From the NCBI RefSeq assembly GCF_000143415.4, contig NW_003314268.1, positions 2,795,442 to 2,859,441 on the forward strand: 64,000 bases of DNA, in the 5' to 3' direction. The translations under genes were made by a program, and so were the position numbers. The DNA is from Selaginella moellendorffii. Its lineage: Eukaryota; Plantae; Lycopodiophyta. Under the pieces are notes generated by a model. That model was not told where the DNA came from, searched no databases, and saw only the letters and a program-made list of their open reading frames with translations. This document shows positions 49,032 to 61,927 of the stretch, one piece after another (the first letter of the stretch is position 1; every line of letters begins with the position of its first letter).

Positions 49032-52000
49032 CTTTTGTAAATCTTGTAATCAATCTTGCAAATTAATAAAGTAATATATTTCTATAAATCAAAATGTCGT
49101 TTCTCTCGTTCATTCGTACTTGGGTCAGTTTTGGCAGGCTGACTTCAGCACTTTGGTGCATGGGTCCAATCCATAACCATGGGGATAACTATTATAGACT
49201 GATCACAAGTCCCCGCCTCTCTCTCAATGACTCATTTTTGAAAAGGGGCGTGGTCGTGTAAACAACTTAATCTGCCAGTTTGTAATAGTTGTCTAAATCT
49301 TCCCGACGGGGTTGATTTCTTGCTCAAGGGCAGTTGGGCCTCTGGCCTTCTCCCTATGCGGGCAGGGATGTATCATTCCTTTGTAAGCCGAGTGGTACTC
49401 GGAGCAGCAAGGGTGGCTAACTCTATTAGTCATTTCCTTGTTGGTGACGGCCGGAGGGTGTCTGAGTCTTAACGTCTTTGGACGTAGAGGAGAGGTTGTT
49501 CCATAACTCATTTAAGTCGGTGTGTTTCCCACATAGTGTGCTTTCCGTTAACTTTCGGAGTTGTTTCCTTGACGGTTTGCTAGACTCGGGTATACATCGA
49601 CGAGGACGTCGATCTTCCCCAAGGGGGGGAGAGTGTCGCAAATGTGACTTTAGGTATCGAAAGATACTTGTCGATAAGTCCTTATGGGCACTCTTTCCTT
49701 ACTGCCATGATGGCAGGAGGTCGGTACTGCTGGTTCCCTTTATTGGCCCCTCTTGTCCAAGTGTTAATAAACTGGACTTAGCATCTGTACTTGGCCGGAT
49801 GAGCATAAGAAAGGAATTCCTAAGTGTCTATTTAGCCAAACATACTTGGCCTGGCTTGTTAGTTCTCTTTTGCTCTGTCTTGCATTGGCTTGGCAAGAAC
49901 CCTCGCGTATTGAGACTAATCCCTTAATATCGCCGAATGATAGCTTACCGTGTCTGCCAAACACCCTCGTTATCACGCCCTTTGTGTTGGTCTTATTTCG
50001 GTCCCAAATGCTATTTATGGAAAGTGTCTAGATGAGCTCATTTGGCATATCTATGGAATGTAGAGATCAGCCTGAACACAATGGTGTTCGTCCCATGTCC
50101 AAATTGACAATCTAAGGACATTCCATATTTTGTAAGTTTCGAGCTTGTACTAGAGACTAACTCCTGGTACTAAGGGAGGCTTGGGGTGAAAGCCCAAAGC
50201 GTGTGTTCCTCAAGGGGGGGGGGGGGGGGTATGGGAGGTTCCAAATGTATAGTAGGGATAGTGGTTGAAATGCATGTCCGACCACCTGAGACATTAGTTT
50301 GGCTTCCGTTGGGCTGTGTCGCTCCTTGTTCTGCGTCTGGCTTGGGTCTAAGCCCAAGCTCCATGCTGCTCTAGTCGGTGGAGTACCCTCCTTCTCGTGT
50401 TAGGCCACCGGTATGCCAAAATTGTGCCAGACTCTTTCTGACACCATTTTGCGTGCAGGTGCTGGATACGGGGAGCTGGTGCTTGTGGGATTGTACCGAA
50501 CCCTCGTTTCGTAGCGCAACGGGCTTGAAGTTCAGCTCCAAATTCAGGTGCGCTACACTTGGGGCAACATTTCGAAACATCGTGGCCTTATGCAAGCCTT
50601 GTGGGTACTCTCCCTGCCTTCCACCTTTGGGTACTCTAGCCGTGGGCTTAGAGCAAGGTTCTGTTGAGCCACACCAGGTATCCAAGTAGGTAGTGCCACC
50701 CACACATGGACTGGGAGCATCGGCCAGTCGATCTCCCGGGGGAACTAGAGCCAGCTCTTGAACACTTCACCAAGCTACCCCGCTTGTTAGTCCGTGTTCA
50801 CTCTAGTCTTGGACTTCCTAGTGGGCAGCTCATCACCCAACACTGGGTATAGCCTTCCTGGGCCAAACTGGCCTTTCCTGGCCAAATTGGCTCCACTACA
50901 ATCTTCCCCTTTACTATACTTTTGGAGCTCACCAAACCCCCTAGGGTTTGGGAGATGAACGCTTTGGGCTTTCACCCTTTCAGACTTGAACTCGGACTCA
51001 GACTCGGCCTCGGCCTCGGTCTCGGTCTCGGTCTCGGTCCCGATCTCGGTGTCAGTCTCGGTCTCGGTCTCGGTCTCGGTCCCAGTCTCAGTCCCGGTTT
51101 CAGTCTCGGTCCCGGTCTTAGTCTCGACCTCGGACTCCATCTCGGGTCCTTCTCAGACTCCATCTCAGATTCCATCTTGGATCCATCTCGGACTCCATCT
51201 CAGACTCCATCTCGGTCCATTTCGGACTCCATCTTGGGTCCATCTCGGACTCCATCTCGGGTCCATCTCGGATCCATCTCGGACTCCATCTCGGACTCCG
51301 TCTCGGTCCATCTCGAACTCCATCTTGGACTCCGTCTCGGTCCATCTCGGACTCCATCTTGGACTCCGTCTCGGTCCATCTCGGACTCCGTCTCTGTCCA
51401 TCTCGGACTCCATCTCAGACTCCATCTCGGGTCCGTCTCGGACACTTCCACGTATCATGTGTTGGTCCTTTTGGGTCCCTTTTTAGAGCCTCACTTATTG
51501 CTCGCTTCGTGCTCATTCCTCGAGCACTTTGTTGGGAGTTCCACTCCTGCTCTCAACCTTTCAAGTTAGAGCTTTTAGTCCAAACGTGTTACGCTCGTTT
51601 GACTTTCGCTTCGGCCACTACCACGTGGCGCCCTTCTGGCTCCACTTTAGGGCCTAGGGATTTTGTGTCTCACACTAAGATGGAGACTGAGATGGAATCT
51701 GAGATGGAACCAAGACCGAGACCGAGACTGAGTCCAAGTCCGAAATCGGGACCGAGACCGAGTCCAAGTCTGAGTTCAAGTCCGAGTTCAAGTCCGAATA
51801 CTAATACAGGGAGAGTGTGGGGGTTTGAGCTCAGTGGAACCAATTTGGCCAGGAAATGCCAGTTTGACTTAGGAAGGCTGTACCCAGGTGTTAGGTGATG
51901 AATTGACCACTGGGAAGTCCAAAACTAGAGTGAATATGGACTAACAAGTGGGGTAGCTTGGTGAAGTGTTTAAGAGCTAGTTCTAGTTCCCCCGGGAGAT

Positions 52001-52174
52001 CGAATAGTCCCAGTCTAAGCATGGGTGGCACTACCTACTTGGATACCTGGCGTGGCTCAATAGAACCTCGCTTTAAGCCCATGGGTAGAGCACCCAAAGG
52101 CTAAAGGCGAGGAGAGTACCCATGAGGCTCGCATAAGGCTACAGTGTTCCGAATCGTTGTCCCAAAGTCCCAGA

Positions 52175-53757
52175 TATAAGCGACTAAATTTTCCATTCTA
52201 CTTTAGTCACTTAACCACACCTCTGACCACTTGGAGGAGTCTCATTCACAACCTTCTTAAGTCCAATTCAGGACTTGGGACTTGCTAGTCCCGAGAATGG
52301 CATCCATGCCACTCAACCTTTGCACTTGGTCTAAGTGCTCCACGTGTCCAGTCCCAAGACCGACAACCAAAGGTACCACTGACATATCGGCCTGTTATGC
52401 TAAGGCCATGCCCATTCACCTTTGCCGCACTGATGGACCAATACCACTTGCATCACAATCCTGTCTCTCCAAGACTGGGCCGTCCGTTCACGAGTGGTCA
52501 TCCCAGATCCACTCCTTAGCATCCTTAGGATGTCCACAGACATGGGGAATAACCTTCCCCAACATCCCTTTGTCAGTTCCTGCCAAGTCCCTTTTTCGTC
52601 CATGGCCATGTTCACCAACACTGCCACTAGATCAAGGCCCGCAAGCCCGGCCACTAAGTCCCATTGTCCTCTGGGACTTCCTCACCATGTGACCATATCC
52701 GTAGTCACTACACTAGAGGATTGCTCCTCTTCCTTTCCCCCATTTGGGACTTCGGGATAACATTTCAGAACACCGTGGCCCTACGCAAGCCCCGTGGGTA
52801 CTCTCCCCACCTTCCGCCTTTAGGTGCTCTAGCCATGGGCTTAGAGCAAGGTTCCGTTGAGCCACACCAAGTATCCAAGTAGGTAGTGCCACCCACACTT
52901 GGACTGGGAGCATCGGCCAGTTGATCTCCCAGGGGAACTAGAGCCAGCTCTTGAACACTTCACTAAGCTACCCCACTTGTCAGTCCATGTTCACTCTAGT
53001 CTTGGACTTCCCAATGGCAGCTCATCACCCAACACTGGGTCCGGCCTTCCTGGGCCAAACTGGCCTTTCCTGGCCAAACTGGCTCCACTACAGTCCTCCC
53101 CCTTACTATACTTTTGGAGCTCACCAAACCCCCTAGGGTCTGGGAGACGAACGCTTTGGGCTTTCACCCTCTCAGGCTCGGACTCGGACTCGGACTCGGA
53201 CTCGGACTCGGCCTCGGTCTTGGTCTCGGTCCCGGCCTCGGTCCTGGTCTCGGCCCCGATCTTGGTCTCAACTTCGGACTCCATCTCGGGTCCATCTCGG
53301 GTCCATCTCGGACTCCATCTCGGACTCCATCTCGGGTCCATCTCGGACTCCACCTCAGACTCCATCTCGGGTCCATCTCGGACTCCATCTCGGACTCCAT
53401 CTCGGGTCCATCTCGGGTCCATCTCGGACTCCGTCTCGGGTCCGTCTCGGACTCAATCTCGGATCCATCTCGGATCCATCTCGGGTCCACCTCGGACTCC
53501 ACCTCGGACTCCATCTCGGGGTCCTTCTTGGACACTTCCATGTGTCATGCATTGGTCCTTTTGGGTCCCTTTTTGGAGCCTTGCTTATTGCTCGCTTCGT
53601 GCTCATTTCTCGAGCACTTCGTTCACTCCCACTCTCGACCTTTTCAAGTCAAAGCTTTTAGTCCAAACGTGTTACGTTCGTTTGGCTTTCGCTTCGGCCA
53701 CTACCACGTGGTGCCCTTCCGGCTCCACTTTGGGGCCTAGGGATTTTGTGTCTCACA
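52175..53757 (-). mobile_element. Family B solo LTR (reverse)
   Basis: TATAAGCGAC...GTGTCTCACA flanked by the perfect TSD CCAGA (52170-74 / 53758-62). Confidence 0.9.
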
Positions 53758-54318
53758 CCAGACCGTGGAAAGGAAGAGGAGTAGTCCTTTGGTGTAGTGA
53801 CAAAGGATACGGTATGTGCTGAAGAAGTCCTAGAGGACCATGGGACTTAGTGGTTGGGCTTATGAGCCTTGATCTAATGGTAGTGTTGGCGAATACGGCC
53901 ATGGTCAAGAAGGGCCTTGGTGGGAACCAAAAAAGGGATATTGGGGAAGGTTATTCCCTATGTCTGCGGGCATCCTAAAGATGCTAAGGAGTGGATCTAA
54001 GATGATCACTCATGGATGGAGGGCCCAGTCTTTGAGAGATGGGACTGAGATGCAGGTGGTGTTAGACCACCGGTATGACCAATGTGAAGGGGCATGGCCT
54101 TAGCGTAACAGGCTGATATGTCAGTGGTACCTTGGGGTGTCGATCATGGGATCAAACACGTTGAGCACTTGGACCAGGTGCAAAGGTCGAGTGGCATAGA
54201 TGCCATTTTCAGCCCCAAGTCCTAAACTGGATTTATGAAGGTTGTGATTGAGACTCCTCCAAGTGGTCGGAGGTGTGGTTAAATAACTAAAGTAGAATAA
54301 AAAAATTAGTCACTCACA

Positions 54319-54916
54319 CACCCCCACCCACCCCCACCCCCCTTTCTTGAGGAACACATGCTTTGGGCTTTCACTCTAGACCTCCCTTAGTACTAGGAGT
54401 TAGTCTCTAGGACAAGCTTGAAAGTTACTAAATATGGAATGTTCTTAGTTGCGAATTTGGACACGGGACGAACACCATTGTGTTCAAGTCAATCTCTACA
54501 TTTCGTAAAGATGCCAAATGAGCAAATCTAGACACTTTCCATAAATAACATTTAGGATTGAAATGACAAAAACCATAATAGCAAGGGTGTTTGGCAGACA
54601 CAGTAAGTTATCATCTAGCGATATTAAGGGACTAGTCTCAATACACAATGGTTCTTGCCAAGCCAGTGCAAAACAGAGCAAAAGATAACTAAAAAACTAG
54701 GCCAAGTATACTTAGCCAAATAGACACTTAAGAATTCCATTTTTATGCTCATCCAGCCAAGTACAAATGTTAAGTCCAATTTACTAACACTTGGACAATA
54801 AGGGCTAATAAAGGGAACTAGTAGTACTGACCTCCTGCCATCATGGCAGTAAGGAGAGAGTGTCCATAAAGACTGGCAATAGGTAACTTTTGATACCCAA
54901 AGTCACATTTGTGACA
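54319..54916 (-). mobile_element. Older family A LTR fragment (reverse), apparent host of the old B element
   Basis: Reverse complement of the first ~600 bp of the A LTR, ending ...AGTCACATTTGTGACA. Confidence 0.8.
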
Positions 54917-57707
54917 GTCAAACACCACAGAATCAATAAAAAAAAACATACCAACTAGGCAATGACAATAGCAATGGATCAATAAGCTTCATTATAAATC
55001 TGCCTCAACATTGCTAAGGTTTTGCAAAATCTCTAAGTTGAGGTAAAGTGTACCCTTTCCTGTTCCTCTAAGAAAATTATGAATTTCATACTTTTTCTAA
55101 AATGATTCTCTCTCCTCCTCATAAATTCAGTACTGCCATTTTGAGAGTTAATAACAAGCTTGGGAGGTTAACTTATCTCATCTTCCTCACGAACTTATCT
55201 CATTTTCCTCATGAATGCCCCTAGTGAATTTTTCCATTAGAGTTTCCAGTCATTCAAGCCTTTCTAGAATGTGTTTTGACACAACAGGATCTACAGCTGG
55301 AACAGAATCTACAACAATAGCTTGGTGATGAATTCTTTTTGTAAAGGGAACAAATTGAAATTTCCTATTACACAACTTGCAATGAAAGCATAGTTGCTTT
55401 GATTTTGGATTCATTGAATCATATCTTGATCCTAAGAAAAAAACATTTAATATTAATGATTTTTAATGATAAAAACCATCATTACCTCCTTTTATCTTGC
55501 ATTGCTTGCAAGTAACTTGGCCTGCTTTTGATTTACAAAGAGCAACTGCTTTCAATCTATCATCAACCACCATCTTTGTCCTATGTTGACAATTATAGTC
55601 AATAGAAAGGTCAAATGAATATTTCTTGTACAAAACTCACAATAAAAAGTATAGAACCCTGCTTTGGGGCTTCATTTTAAGTCCTGGTATATGGGATAAG
55701 CTAGCAAACCTATTCCCACTCTCATTCGAAAAAAGGGAAATACACACAAATGTCTATAGAATCTAGTGTTAGTAATTTTAACTCTCACAATCTTTTTTCC
55801 CAGGGTTTAAGGGCTAGGAAATGCAATAACTATCCTATTGTATAGCATAACTAAATCACACAAGAGAATGAAAGAGAGGATAGTGATCATGAGTTGGAGA
55901 TAAATGCAATGACAAAGGGTATAACAAATTAAGTGAAAAAGAATGCCCTCTTACTTGTTTTTAAAAAGTGCAATTTTGCCACTTTCAAAAAATGCCCCAT
56001 ATGTTTTCTAGCGTTTGGTAGAAACAATGGCAATGATCAGTATAATGCTATATATACTCTTGCGATACATTACAACATCACGCACTCGAAAGACTACCAT
56101 GAAATCTTTTTTGAGATGGTAAAGATAGAAATGGAGACACACAAGTACTATGAGCAATATTGCCAAAAGAACACTCAAAAGTATTGAAAATGAAAAGTGA
56201 AATGAAAAAACACTTATTTATTAATTATATAAAGTATAATAAGTTTTATTGATAGAGAATAAACAGTAATAATGTTAGATAGCTCCAAAAGTTTTCTGCA
56301 ACTCAGCAATAGTAACTTAGTGTATATGAATATCTACTTTAGGATCCTGATACAAGATGTTGATGAAGATGTAGTACATATGCTTGCAAGGAGCATATGC
56401 CTTCCTATGTTCCTCGCGCTTCGTAAAGTCTGGACATGTGCAAGAAGGAAAGTCGTGAATGGCAATTGTGTACTCTCCACCTTCTGTTTTGCAAGCGTAG
56501 TGATATGCTTTGTGGAGAGAATCTCACACTCAAGGGTTTAAGCCAAGTTTATTTTACCCTACTTCTGCTTGGAGATGGTACTAATAAATTTAATTGCCTT
56601 ACCTTTTCGTGCTGGCCTCCTATGCATCTTTGTATGAATAGTCTTGGTTCTGTCACTCATGTCTCTAACTCTCTTTTCAAGATTAAAACCACATTTCTCA
56701 AGGTTTTTAATCTCATCCGAGGTGAGTGTGACCTCATTAGCAACTGGCCATTCTTTAGGTATTGCATCAGGTTTAGTCACTATAGTGTCTTGAAGCCACT
56801 TCGTATGGTTGGCATCGGTGTTGCAACAATATAGCTAGCACCATCTCAAAAATCTTACTTGCTTTTGTTCCCCATAAAAACATGGGGCTGGAACAAAAGC
56901 AAATTTGTCACCACAAATCTAAGCCATGTGAATATCCACTTTAGGATCTTAGTGTAAAGTGTTGATGAAAATGTAATACATATATGCTTTTTAGTTTGGT
57001 TATGTGCAAGGAAAGTATTGATGCAATATATAGGTCAATGCAGTCAGCCCTAGTCAACAATCAGCACTTCTCACATGGATTCTTGTTTTAAGGTTCAGAA
57101 GATCAATGCCTCGGTGACAACCAGGCTTAGGAAGCCCATCCAATCAGGGAGCCGGGCATGCCACCACTCGGCTTGGGCTGTGATAGGTCCAATCGCAGAC
57201 TCTTGCCGATGAGCATGGTCACCAGTGAGGCCTTGCGTTGTCAATCCGTTGTTACCGGATGCATACAGCAGCTGTGCGACTGTCTGTCAACTTCTAAGCG
57301 ACGAATGCCCAGAGAAACCCAGGATTCAAAGTGTTCAAAGTTGGTTCAAGAAAAATCCAAATTTCTAGGAAGCTGAGGCCATGAAATGCCATCAAGTTTC
57401 CGAAGTCTCTGGCACCAGTTTCGGGGGAGTGCCAGCCATTCAAAGAAACATGCCACTCCAACCTTAAATCGATCTCTGCATTTTACGTCCATCTCTGCAC
57501 TTGAAGCGAGCTCCAAGTGTCCGGATTTGTTTCTTCACGATAGGCAAAACATTCTCCGTCCTTGATTGTTCCAGATTTAACAAGGATGGAAAGGCGAATT
57601 TCCCCCTCCATTTACGTTTCTTGGTGTGTTCTCGTGGGTCTTCGTGCGCTTCAATCCCCTGCAAGTAGTCACAGCAGCAGTGTAAGTACGAGTCTCACCC
57701 TTCCTGC

Positions 57708-59153
57708 ATGCTGCTGCCCGTGCACACTCGTGCATTTGCCACGAGAAGAATAATCTGGCAATCAGCTCGCCCCTCTCCCCTTCTACAACCAGACTGCTTG
57801 GCAAGCTCGGACAACAAGATACTTGTCATCGTGCATAAGACGTGCCGCTGCCTCCCCCAACACTGCTTCGTTCACACCCACTGTGTCCTCTCGTCGACAG
57901 TCGACACGCGAGCACCAGGATTCTCAAGCTATTCTGATTCCAGGATGTGCAGAGGCAGGCGTTGCTGGTTCTATTCGTTTTTCGTACTATCCTGTTGTTT
58001 GGTATTTTGGTTCTTCCAGCACGATTTAGAGTGGTTTAGTGAAAATGTCTGCGAGCTGATGGAACATAGAGATGTCCATCCAGAACCTTCTCTCGGACGA
58101 AATGCTGTTGTATGTTCGATGATAAACTGGATTTTTTTACTCCGCTTCCGCACTTGAAAATGCAACTGTCAGCCATGAGAGGGAGGGTTTGTATCCAACG
58201 GCGTGCATGTTATAATCGTCCGGACTGACTCCACCAAATCCGAAGATCATTTCAAAGCCAGCCGGGTACTGAAAATCGTGGAGGGTAGCGACATAAAGAT
58301 AGGAGAGGCCAGGAGTTTAGATATGGATTCAAGGGGGGTCGATCAAGTCCTCAAAGAGCGATCAAAGCCGGGTTCCTGCCACAGAGTTTGCTTCAAGGTG
58401 ATGCTAGTGGTGCTGCTGGGTTGGGAGCAGAGACAATGGAAGTAAGTGTTGATGAAGAACAGCTAGTTCAACCGGTTAAGGCTGAGGCAGCTGAGAAAGA
58501 GCACTGGTATCTATTCCCCGTGACAACCCATGGATCGAGATTGAAAGCCTGGATTAAAGCGGCAACAGTAGGTGACCGGTACAAGCAGGTTCAGCGAGAG
58601 CTTTTAATTCGTCAGTATCTGTGTCCAGAGGACTCTGTGAAGGCGAGGGCAGTAGTCTGGAGGGGGTTCCAGCGTTACTCTTGGAAGATGCGGGACAGAA
58701 AATCAACAGAGACACGATGACACCTGAAGACGTTTTCCATATGACAAAGGCCATTTATATGGTACTTTCTCATGTGTATGGCGAGCATGGGATTTCGCAC
58801 AATGATGTTGCACCCTGCAACATCTGCCAAGATGAAAAGGGACGTTACCGACTTATTGACTGGGGATTAGCAAGCCAGCTTCCCGATATTGATCATCCCG
58901 CCAATGTACTTGATTGGCTTATTCAGTTACTTGCTTTTTTTCTGGAAGTCAAACTCCAGGAATCCATTTCGATTTAGAAAGCCTGGTGTATGTGGCACTT
59001 GACTGTCTTTATGTACCATTGCCATGGGTAAATGTGGCCAGTGGTTCCGATGTGATTAAGATCCGCAGAAGATTTTGGAGCAGCTTGAACTCCCTAGTGT
59101 TGAATGCCTTGTATCTACCACTACTCAAAGCATGGCTGGAGCTGGAGATCTGA
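57708..59153 (+). pseudogene. Degenerate protein kinase (fungal-type/Crinkler-like), possibly preceded by a PD-(D/E)xK-like segment
   Basis: HGISHNDVAPCNI (58798), RLIDWGLA (58855), DLESLVYV...LPW (58971), VLKIV; split by several frameshifts. Confidence 0.6.
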
Positions 59154-59899
59154 ATACCTTATGATTATAACAATAACGTCTTAACTTGAATACTCACCCT
59201 TCCACAAAGATGATTTTCAATCCTGAACTCACGATTGCAGCTCTTCTGATGGCTGGTAAATAGTAGGCAGTCCAAAATCTCATCTAGTTTTTTGGTCATT
59301 CGGTGCCTAACTGCAAGCATTTGTGTAGTGTGTAATTCTGTAAGTTTACTTCTTTAAACAGGTACTTTGCTTATTAGAGAGGTGGCACATGGTGCAGGGC
59401 AAGGTGATAGGGGGCTGGAAAGCTGGAAAGCCAGGCAAGGTCATCTAGAATATTAAAACACCTCTTATGGTGAATGTATAAAGGAGTATGTTGTGAAAGT
59501 TGTCTCAATGTTATGAATTAATGTGTCCAAGGATATCAAGGAAGACCAAAATTACACTTGTAGACAAGCAAAACAATGTCCAAAGCAATCAACCAAAGGT
59601 AATTGTTGAAACTTCAAAATGTGAAAGTACAAGCATAGCTATGAGCTGAGAGAATCCATTCTCCGGCAACTTCAAGACCCTTTAGAACTCTAGACTCAAT
59701 TGAAAATCATATAATATATCACTATGTATTGTATAGCTTTGCAATAATCACTTTGTTTTCTATACTGCAGTAATATGATAGAGCATTCCTAATGTGCACT
59801 AGTAGATTAGTTTTTTAAGCTCATAATTCATTTTAAATATCAACCATCCAAGGACTCCAAGATACCTCAAGAGCAATATATGAGATAAATTATCAGCTT

Positions 59900-61900
59900 G
59901 AAGGATCAACTATACATGAATGCCATTCTATGGTTCTCCTTTAAACTTCAAATAAAAAATTATATATAACTCAAATCCAATCTGAGCATACTTGATGATC
60001 AACATATTATTGATAGACATAGTAGGTGATAGAGCATTGAGCTTTATCTAAAAGCATTTCACCATAGCCTTGACATTTTGAAAAGAAACATACAATATTA
60101 ATGTGGATGTTGGTTATATGGGCATGTGTTTGATGTTTGAACATATTGTTGGATCATGAAAATTTATGTTTATGTGAAGTTGTAGGTAGGAGGAAGTTAG
60201 TGGAGTCTTAAGAATTTAAATTCCTAGAATGAAAGTATGTTTTCACTAAGATGGAAAAAAATGTTAACTTTTGGGGCTAAAACAATTAAGTTGAATAGAA
60301 TTTAATGTTGGCATAAAAGAGTGGTTATTGTGTTTTTATAAGTGACCCTTTTGCATTTTTTTAATAGCATTGTATTACTGATAAGTTGCACCTTATATAA
60401 TGCTAAATTCTATGAGAGTAGTAAGTTCTCATTGATTTTGGCTTAGCATTGGTGGCTTTAGTCCTTAGTTAAAGATAGTGATTTAATTGTTTGTGGTTGA
60501 GATGTTATAACTGGTATTATAACTTTATATATTAGAAGGTTATAAGTCCATTTCATGATCTTCACTTTAGTTTTAGCTGGGTGTTTAGCATAGATATGCT
60601 TTGAATTATTGGCTAAATGCATTAATGTGTTTAATGCAATTGAGTTATATTTAAGTAATCATTTTGTTTGTACTTGTTTATGTTCCTATATGTTATACCT
60701 AAAGTGTTACTTTTCAATTGAACAAGTATATGACTCAATTACATGAGTTTAGCATTTTGGTCTTACAAAGGTGAGTTGAAGAGTGATTATTGATTTCTTT
60801 GTGACTGTGGATTATTTGTAAGCTTTGTTAAGGATTGTTGACACTTGTTTCACTCGGAGTTGAGATTGAAGTGAAATGACTTGTTGTTTCCATTGGCATA
60901 TTAAAATAGTTGAATTTTTCCATATGTGGTGGTTCAAATGGTTGGTGAATAGTTGGGCTCAATGGAGATTAATATTTCATTTCACTAGTTTCAATTAAAA
61001 CGATATTCATAATTGACTATACTTTTGTATCATTAGCATTTATGTATTTAGTAATTATTAACTATATTCACAAATTGAGTTAATCTTATTCTAGACAAGA
61101 TTGTTTAGTATAGGTTGAACTTTAGCTTTTCTTTGAAACATGATTTAGTCTTGGACTATGCTAACTTTGCAAAAGAAAAAGTTAATATTGAAATTATTAA
61201 TTATTTGTTGGAATTATATTGATTATTAATGACTTTTATTGTACTTGTTATGAAGTGAGTTATATCTTGCTATAAACAGTGGATTCCTAGAAGATTAGTT
61301 TAATGGTCACTTATTGAGCATATCTTTATTGTGTTTGGCTTTTAAACGAATGTAGAAATGCTCTTTATTAGCTTTGCATTATAAAGTTTAGCTTATGGAT
61401 ATGTTAAGGAGGATATTGTGGTTTAAAGTTGGTTCATACGAAACTTATGATCCTTGTTAGATTAACCTTGGGTATAGACTTTTTCAAATTTTTTGTTCTT
61501 TGAATTTCATACTCATTATTCCAATTTCAAAGCAATGATTAAAGCTAAAGAATTGTCTTACCTTTTTGTTAGGAGTTGTTTGGGGAAGATATTTTCCCTC
61601 ATTAGTTCCGATATTATTGGTGTTTACATTTGGTGATTATTAGTGATGATTAACTATCATCTAAGATACCTGATTATTTTTGTCAAATGTTTTATTTAAT
61701 TATTGTTGATGTGAATGATTTATTGTTCTTTGGGATGGTAGATTGTTTATTCAATAATGATTATGCATCTTTCCATTAATGGAATGAATAATGATTTTTC
61801 ATGACGGTTAATTAGTTTTTTAAATGGCTTTTGGCTTTTCGCTTTATCACATGTTCTTTGTGATTTGGTCTTTTGGGTTTGAGATATTGATAGGATGTCC
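59900..61900 (-). mobile_element. Highly decayed retroelement DNA, probably LINE-derived
   Basis: Minus strand ~61545-61390 gives FNHCFEIGI..., IPK..., NFKP..LLNIS across frameshifts, resembling the start of a non-LTR RT; boundaries approximate. Confidence 0.35.
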
Positions 61901-61927
61901 TTCAGTACCTTGTTATACCTCTTACAA

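Larger units (their letters stand above)
35608..50557 (+). mobile_element. Family A Ty3/gypsy chromovirus-type LTR retrotransposon (inactive)
   Basis: TSD CTTGG (35603-07 / 50558-62); 3' LTR 49634-50557 TGTCGC...GCTACA; 5' LTR 35608-36409 truncated; PPT AAGGGGGGGAGAG 49621-33; order gag-PR-RT-RH-INT-chromodomain. Confidence 0.95.
35061..51674 (-). mobile_element. Family B solo LTR (reverse), split by element A: 35061-35607 + 50558-51674
   Basis: Starts TGTAAGCGAC, ends GTGTCTCACA; flanks CTGAG (35056-60) / CTAAG (51675-79), a TSD with one mismatch. Confidence 0.85.
32835..54318 (+). mobile_element. Older, 5'-truncated family B non-coding LTR element (internal 32835-34523; 3' LTR split as 34524-35060 + 51675-52174 + 53758-54318)
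   Basis: Internal part is collinear with 43940-45698; PPT TGGGTGGTGGAG precedes TGTGAGACAC at 34524; LTR ends ...TTAGTCACTCACA at 54318. Confidence 0.8.

Noticed and set aside
49237-49270. Second PPT-like tract (AAAAGGGGCGTGG..TGTAAAC) in the 3' UTR of element A
   Set aside because: No matching LTR copy or TSD supports an additional boundary
55000-55750. Minus-strand Cys-containing peptides (CKQCK, CFHCKLC)
   Set aside because: Fragmentary, interrupted by stops, no recognisable family
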